From Acidobacteriota bacterium (GTDB lineage: Bacteria; Acidobacteriota; UBA6911; RPQK01; JAJDTT01): a stretch of 54,842 bases of DNA. A program made the position numbers and the translations under genes. Below, in pieces: positions 37,372 to 46,381 of this stretch (within the stretch, counting starts at the first letter, position 1; every line of letters begins with the position of its first letter). Below the pieces are notes generated by a model, which saw only the letters and a program-made list of their open reading frames with translations, had not been told where the DNA came from and ran no database searches. The stretch lies in the NCBI GenBank assembly GCA_047514575.1, contig JAKZYH010000197.1:1-54842 (forward strand), read 5' to 3'.

Positions 37372-39039
37372 CTAGTCCCCCGTCTTATCTGCTGTGACCG
37401 ACAGCCAGACCCTGAAGCTGGTCCCCTGTCCCAACTGGCTCTCCACCTCGATTCGCCCCTGATGTCTCTCGATGACCTGGTGGACGATGGATAGTCCCAG
37501 TCCGGTGCCGACGCCGACGCCTTTGGTCGTGAATCCAGCGTCGAAGATCTTCCCTAGATCCTCCTTGGGTATCCCCTTTCCCGTATCCCGCACCTCAACC
37601 AGGATCTCATCCTGGTGGGAAACGGTCTTGATAAAGATGTCACCTTCTCCTTCTATCGCTTGTGCTGCATTCATCAGAAGGTTCATGAAGGCCTGGTTCA
37701 GTTGTTTGGGATAGCAATGGACGAGTGGCAGGTCCCCGTAGTCCTTGTGGGTCAGAATGGCATTGCTCAACTGCCGCTCGAGCATAGACAGAGTACGGTC
37801 GAGACACTCATGTAGATCGACGCGACCGAACTCTGCCTCGTCCAAACGGGCGAATCTGCGAAGATCGGTCACGATCGTCCCGGCTCGCTCCACGGCTTCG
37901 ATGCTGAAGCCGGCCAGCTTTTCAAGGTGTTGAAGGATGCGGTTTGACTCACTTTCGGCGGCAATGACTTGCTCTCCCAGCGAGTCCTTCAATTTGACGA
38001 CAGCTCGCTGCGAAAGCTGGATGTTGCCCTTCAAAGCCCCCAGCGGCGTATTGAGTTCGTGCGCCACTCCGGCGACGAGCTGTCCCATTGCCGCCATGTT
38101 CGCGGAATGCACTAATTGTGCCTGGGTTTCCTGAAGCTTTTTGTAGGCGTCCTGCAGTTCGTGGTTGCGCCCTTCTAGATTACGGAAGTCCAGAAATCGA
38201 GCATAAGCGAGGGAAATCGCGTCGGCATAGACCTCCAGGGTCTTTAGTGTCTGTGGCGGCAGGTCCTTCTTAGCGAAGCTTTGCAGGCTCAGGCGGCCAT
38301 AGGAGAAGGGAACTACGACCCATGAGGTGGGCACTCTTACATCTTCGATTCCTGCTAGACCCCAGGATCGTCTCAGAAATTCTCGATGCCGATCCCACTC
38401 GTCGGCAGAGCCTTCTGCTGTCAAGATTCGGGGTTCTGGACCTAGTTCTGTGGACTCGTCCAGCTGGCACTGGCTGGAATAGACGTTCACGCCGGGAAGG
38501 AGGTCACGGATAGAGGGCGCTACTCCGTATTGCTCCTCCATCCATCCGGTCGTGACGGCATAGGTTTCGCACTGGGTTCGGTCCTGGTCGAAGATCTCGA
38601 TAGCACAGTAATCCGCGGACAGCCCTACATCGTGGAGTCCCTCCCACATGACCCCAGCAACCTTGAGAAGGTCTTCCGTACGACGCATGCCCTGGACCTC
38701 GGCTCGCACTCGCTCCACGATGAGTTGGCCGGTCAAGGCGAGATCGTGTTCGTCGGTCACCAGACGGCGCAGCTTCACGTCACCGGTGACCGTGGTCTGG
38801 CATGCCAGTCGGGTCTCCGGTTGGTAGTGGAACTGGTGGGCTACCGTGTCCTCTTTGGGATTCCTTTGGTTGCAGTGCTCCAGACCTTCGAGAATCAATA
38901 CGCGGCAGGTCGTACAACGCGTTCGCCCAAAGCACACGTGCGCGTGGGGAATCCCAGCCTGCAGCGAGGCCTGAAGAATCGTCTTCCCCTCACGGACCTC
39001 TATGGCTTTGTCATCAGGTAGATAGTGGAGTTTCGCCAC
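37372..39039 (-). CDS. soluble histidine kinase with N-terminal 2Fe-2S ferredoxin-like domain
   Basis: N-terminus KLHYLPDDKAIEVREGKTILQASLQAGIPHAHVCFGRTRCTTCRV...RLACQT (C-x6-C-x2-C...C). An uncharacterised region of about 190 aa follows. H-box VAGVAHELNTPLG, N/G boxes NLLMNAAQA, DTGKGI, GTGLGLSI. No TM segments. Confidence 0.85.
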   Translation of the reverse strand: MAKLHYLPDDKAIEVREGKTILQASLQAGIPHAHVCFGRTRCTTCRVLILEGLEHCNQRNPKEDTVAHQFHYQPETRLACQTTVTGDVKLRRLVTDEHDLALTGQLIVERVRAEVQGMRRTEDLLKVAGVMWEGLHDVGLSADYCAIEIFDQDRTQCETYAVTTGWMEEQYGVAPSIRDLLPGVNVYSSQCQLDESTELGPEPRILTAEGSADEWDRHREFLRRSWGLAGIEDVRVPTSWVVVPFSYGRLSLQSFAKKDLPPQTLKTLEVYADAISLAYARFLDFRNLEGRNHELQDAYKKLQETQAQLVHSANMAAMGQLVAGVAHELNTPLGALKGNIQLSQRAVVKLKDSLGEQVIAAESESNRILQHLEKLAGFSIEAVERAGTIVTDLRRFARLDEAEFGRVDLHECLDRTLSMLERQLSNAILTHKDYGDLPLVHCYPKQLNQAFMNLLMNAAQAIEGEGDIFIKTVSHQDEILVEVRDTGKGIPKEDLGKIFDAGFTTKGVGVGTGLGLSIVHQVIERHQGRIEVESQLGQGTSFRVWLSVTADKTGD

Positions 39040-39073
39040 GGCGTTTCCTTCTTAGAACAACCATCTTCTCAGA

Positions 39074-39243
39074 AGCACCAAGATACAAGATACAAACAAA
39101 TCTCAAATTCCAAGCACCAAGTTCCAAACCTTGGGCGCCCCCACAGTTCCTCCGGTTTGGGATGGACGACCCTTGCTAGCGGCTCGAACTCAATTTGTGA
39201 TTTGGTGCTTGGAGCTTGTTTGTATCTTGTATCTTGGGGTTTG
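39074..39243. repeat. inverted pair of CAAGATACAAG-type repeats (MITE/REPIN-like)
   Basis: Perfect 22-nt arms CCAAGATACAAGATACAAACAA at 39078-39099 and its complement at 39216-39237. There is an inner 7-bp stem CCAAACC/GGTTTGG. Confidence 0.8.
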
Positions 39244-39257
39244 ATCCCCGTTCCCAT

Positions 39258-40253
39258 CTATATTGCTTCAACCCGACCGGTCTGACAGGCCCGGCGGACC
39301 GAGTCCAGAATGGACATGTTTTCTAGACCGCTTTCGATTCTGGGGTCGCGATCGCCCCGGCAGGCGGCCACGAAGGCATCGACTTCTACGGCGTATTGGT
39401 CGGTCGGAGACACGGTGTGCTGCCTTTCCCCTTCCTCTGTCGAGACCAGAACCCTATTTCTCCGGCTGCGCTTGGGCACATAGGCCATCGGTAGGTGAAT
39501 GACACCAAGATCCCCGTATACTGAGTAGGTTTGCTCTCTCTGTAGGTGGGTTCCGCAGGTGATGGCGGCGACTCGGTCGTCGGGGAAATTGAGGGTGAAG
39601 TGGCAGAATTCGTCGGTGCCACTTTCCGAACCGAGACTCCAGTGTCCGCTGCAGGAGGCGGGCTCTCCTGACAACACGTAGCGAGCGCTATCGATTCCGT
39701 AGCAGCCGACGTCGTAGAGTCCGCCGCCTCCGGTCTCGGGCTTCATCCGGATGTTGCTTGGATCTTCCAGATAGTAGTGGAAGTGGGCCTCGAATAGGTG
39801 CACCCTTCCAATCGTGCCGGACGCTATCAGTTCCTTGACCAGCGAGTGTTGGGGATGGAAGCGGTACATGAAGCCCTCCATCAGCACCCGTCCCGCGGAT
39901 TGGGCTGCCGCGTTCATCTCTTTCGTCTCATCCAGATTCATGGCCAGGGGTTTGTCGCAGAGAACGTGCTTTCCGCAAGCCAGAGCCTTCAGTGTCCACT
40001 CTTTGTGGAGATGATTGGGGAGGCCAATGTAGACGCCGTCAACGGCCGAATCGTCGAGGACTTGCTGGTAGCTGGGATAAGCTCGCTCGGCGGCGTGCCA
40101 GAGCCGCGCAGCCTTGTCGGGGGAACTAGTTCCCAGCGCATAGAGTTCGGCGGTCTCAGCTCTCCTGATCGCAGGGATCATAGCCTTGGTCGAGATTTTC
40201 CCGATACCGATAATCGCCATCCGAAACACGGCCGACTCCTCTCCGTTATCCAA
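39258..40253 (-). CDS. Gfo/Idh/MocA-family oxidoreductase
   Basis: N-terminal Rossmann segment MAIIGIGKIS..AIPAI and the EKP-like block CDKPLA. 331 aa, a typical length. Confidence 0.8.
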   Translation of the reverse strand: MDNGEESAVFRMAIIGIGKISTKAMIPAIRRAETAELYALGTSSPDKAARLWHAAERAYPSYQQVLDDSAVDGVYIGLPNHLHKEWTLKALACGKHVLCDKPLAMNLDETKEMNAAAQSAGRVLMEGFMYRFHPQHSLVKELIASGTIGRVHLFEAHFHYYLEDPSNIRMKPETGGGGLYDVGCYGIDSARYVLSGEPASCSGHWSLGSESGTDEFCHFTLNFPDDRVAAITCGTHLQREQTYSVYGDLGVIHLPMAYVPKRSRRNRVLVSTEEGERQHTVSPTDQYAVEVDAFVAACRGDRDPRIESGLENMSILDSVRRACQTGRVEAI

Positions 40254-40425
40254 CGATAGACATCTGTGTACGCTTGATGACTGGATCGACGGAATAGATG
40301 ATAGTGGCGCGAAGTTGAGTCGTAAAGCCGAGATCGCGGTGGTCCTTGGACCTATCGAGTACCTGGCACGTCAACCACGACATACAGGAGTTCCAGGGAT
40401 ATTGGGTAGCCCTCGATGTCCACGC

Positions 40426-41067
40426 TCAACGAGCCGCCGTCTCGCCGCCTGACCCAACCAAGGTTGAAATGGAAACCGAGTAGGATCGATCGTCGCTGGA
40501 GCCGGCTACAATGGGCACCGCGAACTCAAACTCCGTCTCAACGAGAGTCGGCATGGAAGAACCTCGGCTCAGGTCTTGCGACCACTGGGTGGCAGCCAGC
40601 TCCAGGCGGAAGCCCTTGCTGGTATTGTTGAGCTCTCCCTGGGCAACGGGCAGAGAACCGATCCCATCCTCAGAGGAAACCTGAAAGCTCCAGCGATTGG
40701 TTCCAGAGCGAACCAGGGACTGCATCACGAATCGCAGTTGCCCATGCTCAGTCGTCTCGACTCTGATCCGGCCCAGAACGCTATTGTGAGAGAGAGCCGA
40801 AGGTATCAAGCTCTGGCTCTTCCCCAGGATGCTGAGACGATAGGGAGGCGCTGATTCGGGAGCCAGATGGAACTGCAATCTGAGGATGGAGCTCTCGCTC
40901 GTAGGCTGGGCAAGGATGCTCACCGCCACGCGCCGGCTGCCGGTTTGTGCAGCGTTGGTCCTTGAGGTGCTACACGATATCCACAGCAGAACCGTCACCG
41001 CCATGATGCCGGATCGAATAATCTTGACTCTGCGCGATCTGGATTCGCTGCTCCCTGCGATTTTCAT
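40426..41067 (-). CDS. cassette 1 small protein (213 aa), probable lipoprotein, paralog of 44899-45432
   Basis: Signal peptide ending LLWIS-C (lipobox-compatible). ..VAQGELNNTSKGFRLELAATQWSQDL...ETEFEFAVP aligns with small protein 2. Start overlaps the upstream stop (ATGA). Confidence 0.7.
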   Translation of the reverse strand: MKIAGSSESRSRRVKIIRSGIMAVTVLLWISCSTSRTNAAQTGSRRVAVSILAQPTSESSILRLQFHLAPESAPPYRLSILGKSQSLIPSALSHNSVLGRIRVETTEHGQLRFVMQSLVRSGTNRWSFQVSSEDGIGSLPVAQGELNNTSKGFRLELAATQWSQDLSRGSSMPTLVETEFEFAVPIVAGSSDDRSYSVSISTLVGSGGETAAR

Positions 41068-41945
41068 GGAGGAGCTTCTTTCACATTGATTCTGATCGCC
41101 ACTTCCACCACGGAGAACAAGGGATCGTTGCTTGAGATGGTCAAACTCCCGAATTTCAGTCCGACCTGCTTGGGATCGAAACTGATCACAACAGTCTTCG
41201 TGCCGCTGGGGGGTATGCTCACCGAACCAGGGGCGGCCATAAAGTCCTCAGGAGTGAGAGTGGCATCGAGAGTTTTCTTTCCCCGGTTGGTCAGGACGAT
41301 ATTCTCTGACACCACAGGTGAGCCGACAACTGCGTCGGGGAAAGCGATGCTTGGCCTCGAGATGGCAAGACGTGGCTCCTCGCTCGGCCTCACCTCCGGA
41401 AATTGGCCGAGTTGCTCGGGTTTGAGAACGATCTTCACCTTGGCTAAGCCCTTTACGAAAGTGACTCCGGGGGGCAACTCACTATCACTGTCCAAGCCTA
41501 CCAGGACCCCTGCAGTTGTTAGACCACCGGCCACGATGTGGATGGAGTTGCGACTGGCCGCGAGGCTCTCGGCACTATTGGCCTGGATGGTAAGGGTTGT
41601 CTGAATCTCATCTATTGTGTCTTCATCCAAGCTGGCCGTGATCGACTTGTTGACGACTTTTATTTCCCACCCGGTTTGATCGACGATTTCGGCGAGCTTC
41701 ATAGCAGTCAACTTCCCCTCAGTCACAACAGCAGTAACACTGACCGTCCTGATTTCGCCAGGAGCGAGGATATCCGGGACGGGTTTCACGACATCCGCGA
41801 CGATCGTGGCAACTGTGGGATCGCTGGCCCCATCTTCATCTTGCCTCTTGTTGCAGTCGCCAGCACTCGCGACGATGGCAATCCAACACAGTGTGAGAAT
41901 AAATCGCCAGTTCCTCTGGAATCCCGCTGTGCGAACTGCCTTCAT
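41064..41945 (-). CDS. cassette 1 choice-of-anchor-D domain protein (293 aa)
   Basis: The C-terminal ..IAFPDAVVGSPVSENIVLTNRGKKTLDATL...VSIPPSGTKTVVISFDPKQVGLKFGSLTISSNDP.. fits the choice-of-anchor-D/ASH-like pattern. N-terminal signal anchor. ATGA overlaps on both sides. Confidence 0.75.
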   Translation of the reverse strand: MKAVRTAGFQRNWRFILTLCWIAIVASAGDCNKRQDEDGASDPTVATIVADVVKPVPDILAPGEIRTVSVTAVVTEGKLTAMKLAEIVDQTGWEIKVVNKSITASLDEDTIDEIQTTLTIQANSAESLAASRNSIHIVAGGLTTAGVLVGLDSDSELPPGVTFVKGLAKVKIVLKPEQLGQFPEVRPSEEPRLAISRPSIAFPDAVVGSPVVSENIVLTNRGKKTLDATLTPEDFMAAPGSVSIPPSGTKTVVISFDPKQVGLKFGSLTISSNDPLFSVVEVAIRINVKEAPP

Positions 41946-44242
41946 TGTGTCTCCACCTGGGATGGAAACTGGACTACGATTTCCGAGTCACGGAACGAAC
42001 TCCATTGAGCAGAACGAACCTCAGACGTCGTGTTGACCATGGTTCCGGAGACTGCCGGAGGTACGTATATCTGCATCTCGAACTCGGTTGAGAGCGTGCG
42101 ATCCAACAGCGAGAAGCGGGCGGAGGGCAGCTCGAAAACGATCCCTCCATCGCCGTTCTGGGAGAGAAAAAGGGTGGCTTCTGAAGGGTTTTCCAGTGTC
42201 CTCTTGTAATCGAAGAAATGACGCTTCGCGCCCTCCTCCTCTTGCCCTCCATAGACCAGAAGGTACTTCGTCAAGAAGCCGTTCGAATTGATCACCAGGG
42301 AGGCTGTCCCGGCCACTTGGTTGATGGTCAGTGGATCGGTCCGGATCTGGCCCTGGTCCAGAGTCACCTTCAGGGAAGTCAATGCAACATCTTGTGGGAC
42401 TCGCAGGACAACATCGCCCCGACTCTGTTTGAGTAGGATCACGGGGGCCACCGCCTGGCCCGCCGAGAACTCGGGAAAGAAGATCCCGGCCTCCGGTCTG
42501 AAGAGAACGAAGAAGTGGTGATCATTGCTGACGGGCCCTCCGCTTTCCACTCTCACCGGCCCTGTGACTGCGTCCTCTGGAACCCGTACCATCAGCTCGC
42601 TGGAACCTGCACTCTCGACCTGGCCTTCAACCCGGCCTCCGTCGACATTCTGGAAGGTGACCAGGTTGGCCGCGAGATCGGGATCGAAGCCGGACCCCCT
42701 GAGCTCTATTAGCTCTCCCACCGCTCCCTGCACGGGAAGGATCCGCTCCAGCCGGGGAGCTCCTGCTGGAGGTGCCACTGTTGTGAAGGTCCGACTCTCC
42801 TCCTTGGTCAGGGGCAGGTCAGAATCCTTCAGGACCGTCACCGAGGTGGATGTCGCCACCAAATCGAACGACTCGCCCACCGTACTTGGAAGCTGGAGTG
42901 CTCCGTCGCCCAGAATGATCTCTTGATCGAAGGTAGTTTCAACCACCGCCTCCTGGGGCGGCTGCGGGAAGTCCTCCAGCGCGAGCACGGTGGAGCCTGC
43001 CTCCAGCGTGCCCCTCGCCTGGAGGATACTGCCGGCAGCGTCGTCCTGGCCCGGGATGGCGACGTCCTGTGTGCTCCGTCCTTCGAACGCCACCTTGGTG
43101 GGTGAGAGGACCTCGGTGATGCTCAGCGCTTGGAAATCTCTGGCTTTATTGACAGCGATCAACCTTCCCACACCCATCAGCTGGCCCTCCGACAGTTGGG
43201 CGAAGTCGGGTTCGATCTTGTCCATTCGGACCTCGGTCCTGACGAGGCGCATGTCGAGGACATTGTGGTGCACAACAATGGTGAATCCCGGCTTGGAGCC
43301 GGCCAGAAGATTGTGAGGCAGGACGTTGAAGTTGGGCCGGAAGCGCGGTTCTATGACCAAGATAACGGAGTCCTTGGTGGCCGGTGGATCGCCACTATCT
43401 TCGACTTTCACTGTGGCGGCTCCGGGTACCAGCCCGGTCAAATCGATCACAGTACCTTGCAGGCTAGCCTGGAGAATTGCCTGGTCTTCCTCGGCCAGCG
43501 GCTTCAGTTTGTAGGGTGGTGTTCCTCCTCCAACGACCAGGGTTTCCTTGCCACTACCGGGAGGCAGCAAGAGCGTGGAATCCTCGGGGAAGAGTTCCAG
43601 TGGAACCAAGCCGGCCGTGAAATCCTTCACCTGGAATCCGACGCCGTTGCTCATCAAACCCAGGACCCCCACCGTCACGCGATAGACCTGGGAGCCTAGA
43701 TCTTCCGGAACCCTCACGACAAGGGAGTTGCTGGTGGCACCGATGACCTCTCCCGCTTGCGTCTGGTCCAAACGGGAAAACAAAACCAGGTTTCGCGCCA
43801 GCACCGGGCTGAAATGCTCGCCGACGAGGGTCAAGAGGCTGCCTCGAGGTGCCCTACCAGGAACGATGAATCGAATCTCGGGTGTCCCCTCCGGTACCAC
43901 CGGATCGCATTGAGCCAGTTGGGAGAATCCAAGATTGTTTCGCAGCAGCTCGACTATGTCGAGAACATCTACTTTGCCATCCTGGTTGACGTCCGCGTTG
44001 GTCAGAGCCTCTCCACCCAGAGTTTTCTTCTGCAGGATGTGGGCCTGGATCAGGACCTGGTCGCGGACGTCCCTCAGGCCATCCAGGTTAGCATCTCCAG
44101 TGCAAAGAGTTGAGGACGCTGAGGCAACTGAACCCCGCGGAGCCACCGGCTCCCTGAGCAGTTTAGGGAGACACAAGAGCGCAACCGCACTCAGCATCAG
44201 GAATGAGAAAAAGCGACGGCGATGGCTCTCAGAGACTTTCAT
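41942..44242 (-). CDS. cassette 1 large surface protein (766 aa): signal anchor, N-terminal dockerin-like module, two IPT/TIG domains, Ig-like region
   Basis: GDANLDGLRDVRD...ADVNQDGKVDVLD is a duplicated DxNxDGxxxxxD Ca-loop pair (dockerin type I pattern). IPT-like PEIRFIVPGRAPRGSLLTLVGEHF and PRLERILPVQGAVGELIELRGSGF. Collinear paralog of 46378-48708. Confidence 0.8.
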   Translation of the reverse strand: MKVSESHRRRFFSFLMLSAVALLCLPKLLREPVAPRGSVASASSTLCTGDANLDGLRDVRDQVLIQAHILQKKTLGGEALTNADVNQDGKVDVLDIVELLRNNLGFSQLAQCDPVVPEGTPEIRFIVPGRAPRGSLLTLVGEHFSPVLARNLVLFSRLDQTQAGEVIGATSNSLVVRVPEDLGSQVYRVTVGVLGLMSNGVGFQVKDFTAGLVPLELFPEDSTLLLPPGSGKETLVVGGGTPPYKLKPLAEEDQAILQASLQGTVIDLTGLVPGAATVKVEDSGDPPATKDSVILVIEPRFRPNFNVLPHNLLAGSKPGFTIVVHHNVLDMRLVRTEVRMDKIEPDFAQLSEGQLMGVGRLIAVNKARDFQALSITEVLSPTKVAFEGRSTQDVAIPGQDDAAGSILQARGTLEAGSTVLALEDFPQPPQEAVVETTFDQEIILGDGALQLPSTVGESFDLVATSTSVTVLKDSDLPLTKEESRTFTTVAPPAGAPRLERILPVQGAVGELIELRGSGFDPDLAANLVTFQNVDGGRVEGQVESAGSSELMVRVPEDAVTGPVRVESGGPVSNDHHFFVLFRPEAGIFFPEFSAGQAVAPVILLKQSRGDVVLRVPQDVALTSLKVTLDQGQIRTDPLTINQVAGTASLVINSNGFLTKYLLVYGGQEEEGAKRHFFDYKRTLENPSEATLFLSQNGDGGIVFELPSARFSLLDRTLSTEFEMQIYVPPAVSGTMVNTTSEVRSAQWSSFRDSEIVVQFPSQVETQ

Positions 44243-44381
44243 CGTACCGTTCGTTCCGACAGAGCAGGGCTTGCACGTCGAAATCTACTCCCTGCAACAA
44301 GTCGGGGTATCTCCGACCGCCAGGGTGGCGAAGTGGTTCCAACGCTTAGAGATCGTAAAGCCAAGATTGTGCTGGTGATCC

Positions 44382-44846
44382 TCAAGGAACCTCGACTACG
44401 ACGTACTCTCGTTCCAGGGATACGGGGTAGGTTTCGGCGATCAAGGGAGCGGCAGTCACGCCCTCTATCGCCTCATCCGATTCAGCACAGCCCGAGGTAT
44501 CCTGGATAGCGCCTCCCGCCTCGAGCTTGACCGGGTAGCTGCGGGTGCGCACGCGTTCCGGATCGACCCACGACCTTCCGGTTTTAACATCAAATTCCCA
44601 TCCGTGCCAGGGACAGCGCAGAATCTCACCCTTTCGAGTGTAGTGATATTCGCCAGGAACTCTCGCAGTCGGAAAACCCGAGAGTCGACCGGAACACAAC
44701 GGCCCCCCCTGATGGGGGCAGCGGTTGCGCAGGGCGAAGAATTCCCCGTCAATATTGAACACTCCGATTGAGCGTCCCTCGATCTGGACGAGCTTCCGGG
44801 ATCCTGGAGGAATTGCCCGGATGGTTGAGACGACATGTCTGCTCAT
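44382..44846 (-). CDS. Rieske [2Fe-2S] domain protein
   Basis: CPHQGGPL...CPWHGWEF Rieske ligand motifs. Start is set at the internal ATG 44846 (the longer ORF overlaps the upstream gene). Confidence 0.85.
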   Translation of the reverse strand: MSRHVVSTIRAIPPGSRKLVQIEGRSIGVFNIDGEFFALRNRCPHQGGPLCSGRLSGFPTARVPGEYHYTRKGEILRCPWHGWEFDVKTGRSWVDPERVRTRSYPVKLEAGGAIQDTSGCAESDEAIEGVTAAPLIAETYPVSLEREYVVVEVP

Positions 44847-44898
44847 CGGAATTCCCCCAGCACCTAGTGCTGATTCCCCTTGGTTTTCCCCCGGTGGA

Positions 44899-45432
44899 TC
44901 ATCGAGGAGAGACGATGGCCTCGGACCAGCTACCATCGGCTGGGTCAAGGGGCCAGGTGGAGAGAACGAAATTCAGCTCGCCGCTGCTGGGTCTCCGGAC
45001 TGGGACCTGAAAGACGAACTCAGCGCTTGTCCTTTGATGGAGACTCTGGTTTCGAGCAAGGTCCAGCAGCCACTCGGTGCCCACAACATCCAGAACGAAG
45101 CCCCCAACCGCGTTCTTGATCTCCCCGCGAGCAACTGGCACGTGGGAAAAGTTGGGATCGTCTGGGAAGATGGCCAGACTGCAGCGGTTGTCGCCGAGTC
45201 TGGACTCAATCTGCGCGGTCAGACCAAGTGTGCGTCCATCTGCAGTATGCAGACTGATTCGCGCCAGACGCGATCCTCTTGACAGACCCGCCAACTCTAC
45301 ATACTGGTTTTCGCCTCTGATCCTTAGCTGGCGAGGAAGCGAATAATCGGGATTGCGATGAATCCGGAAAGCCACAGGGCCTCCCCTCTTCTCAAGATCC
45401 TGGGCATGGGTAACCGATGCCGCAAGCGTCAA
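44899..45432 (-). CDS. cassette 2 small-protein module (177 aa as called; no own signal peptide; in frame with the corrected upstream gene)
   Basis: ..VARGEIKNAVGGFVLDVVGTEWLLDL...SAEFVFQVP aligns with 40426-41067. The only start is a TTG. The same frame stays open upstream to the G8 tract at 45659-45666. Confidence 0.55.
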   Translation of the reverse strand: MTLAASVTHAQDLEKRGGPVAFRIHRNPDYSLPRQLRIRGENQYVELAGLSRGSRLARISLHTADGRTLGLTAQIESRLGDNRCSLAIFPDDPNFSHVPVARGEIKNAVGGFVLDVVGTEWLLDLARNQSLHQRTSAEFVFQVPVRRPSSGELNFVLSTWPLDPADGSWSEAIVSPR

Positions 45433-45517
45433 CCCTTGTCCCGAACGCCTTCCCGCTCCTGTCGCTGCCTCCGCGGCAGTGGATGTGCCTCGCAGGTTGA
45501 TAGTCCAAGGTGAATTT

Positions 45518-46381
45518 CTATCGTTGCTCTTGATGGTCAGTAAAGCACTCTTGGGTCCGGCGGGAGCCCGAGGGAAGAATTTCCATCGATAAGTAAAGGA
45601 CCACCCAGGAGGGATCGTCAGAGGGGTCCCGCCACCTCGGCGAGTGAAGTCGAGAAAAGGGGGGGGTCTCGTTGGACGTAGCCTGTATCTCAGTCATCAC
45701 CACGTCCTCATTGCCGCGGTTCAGCAATTTGATGGACAGGCTCTTGGGAGGAAGGCCGATCACTCCGCTTCCGAAGTCGGCCGTGGCGCTGGGTGACACC
45801 AGCAGAAACGGTCCTTGTGCTGTGAACGCTTGCAGATCAGGGGAGTCGGCATTCGCCAAAATTCTGACCGTTGCTTGGCCTCCGATAATCCGAGTCACGT
45901 TTTCCACTTGCTCAGCTCTTATGGACGGGAATGCATCCACGAACGCGTCGTAGAAGAGACGGGTGTTAATGACTTGCGTGGCATAGGGGATGGGGAAGCC
46001 GAACAGGCGCAGCTGCTCTATGCGGGTGAAGTCCACAGCCTTCGAGGTAAACCCAAGGATGGTCTGCTCACTTTCTCGGTTTGTGAAAGAGGCAGTCTCT
46101 ATCCCGGTTGCATCCCACAAGGGTGTCCACAAGAAGGGGGGACAAGGAAGCGCTCCACAGGTGGCTGAGACATTGAACGTGTCACTAGCCTCAGGATCCA
46201 CCCCTATGATGGAGGGATCCATCGTCACTCTCATCGTAATGATCTCGGGAGACGCTTGTCCATCCTCGGCGTTGCGGCAGCAATCTTCTTCCTGTGGTGC
46301 CAGGTTGAACAAACCCACCAGCACCAACAGCACCAGCAGCTTGATCTTCTTTGACAGGACCGAGGAATCACCGACCTTCAT
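45518..46381 (-). pseudogene. cassette 2 choice-of-anchor-D protein, frameshifted at a C8 (plus-strand G8) tract
   Basis: After ..KLLNRGNEDVVMTEIQATSNETPP the called frame gives an unrelated tail. Removing one C restores FLDFTRRGGGTPLTIPPGWSFTYRWKFFPRAPAGPKSALLTIKSNDRNSPWTINLRG, the expected domain end. Start ATG 46381 overlaps the upstream stop (ATGA). Confidence 0.75.
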
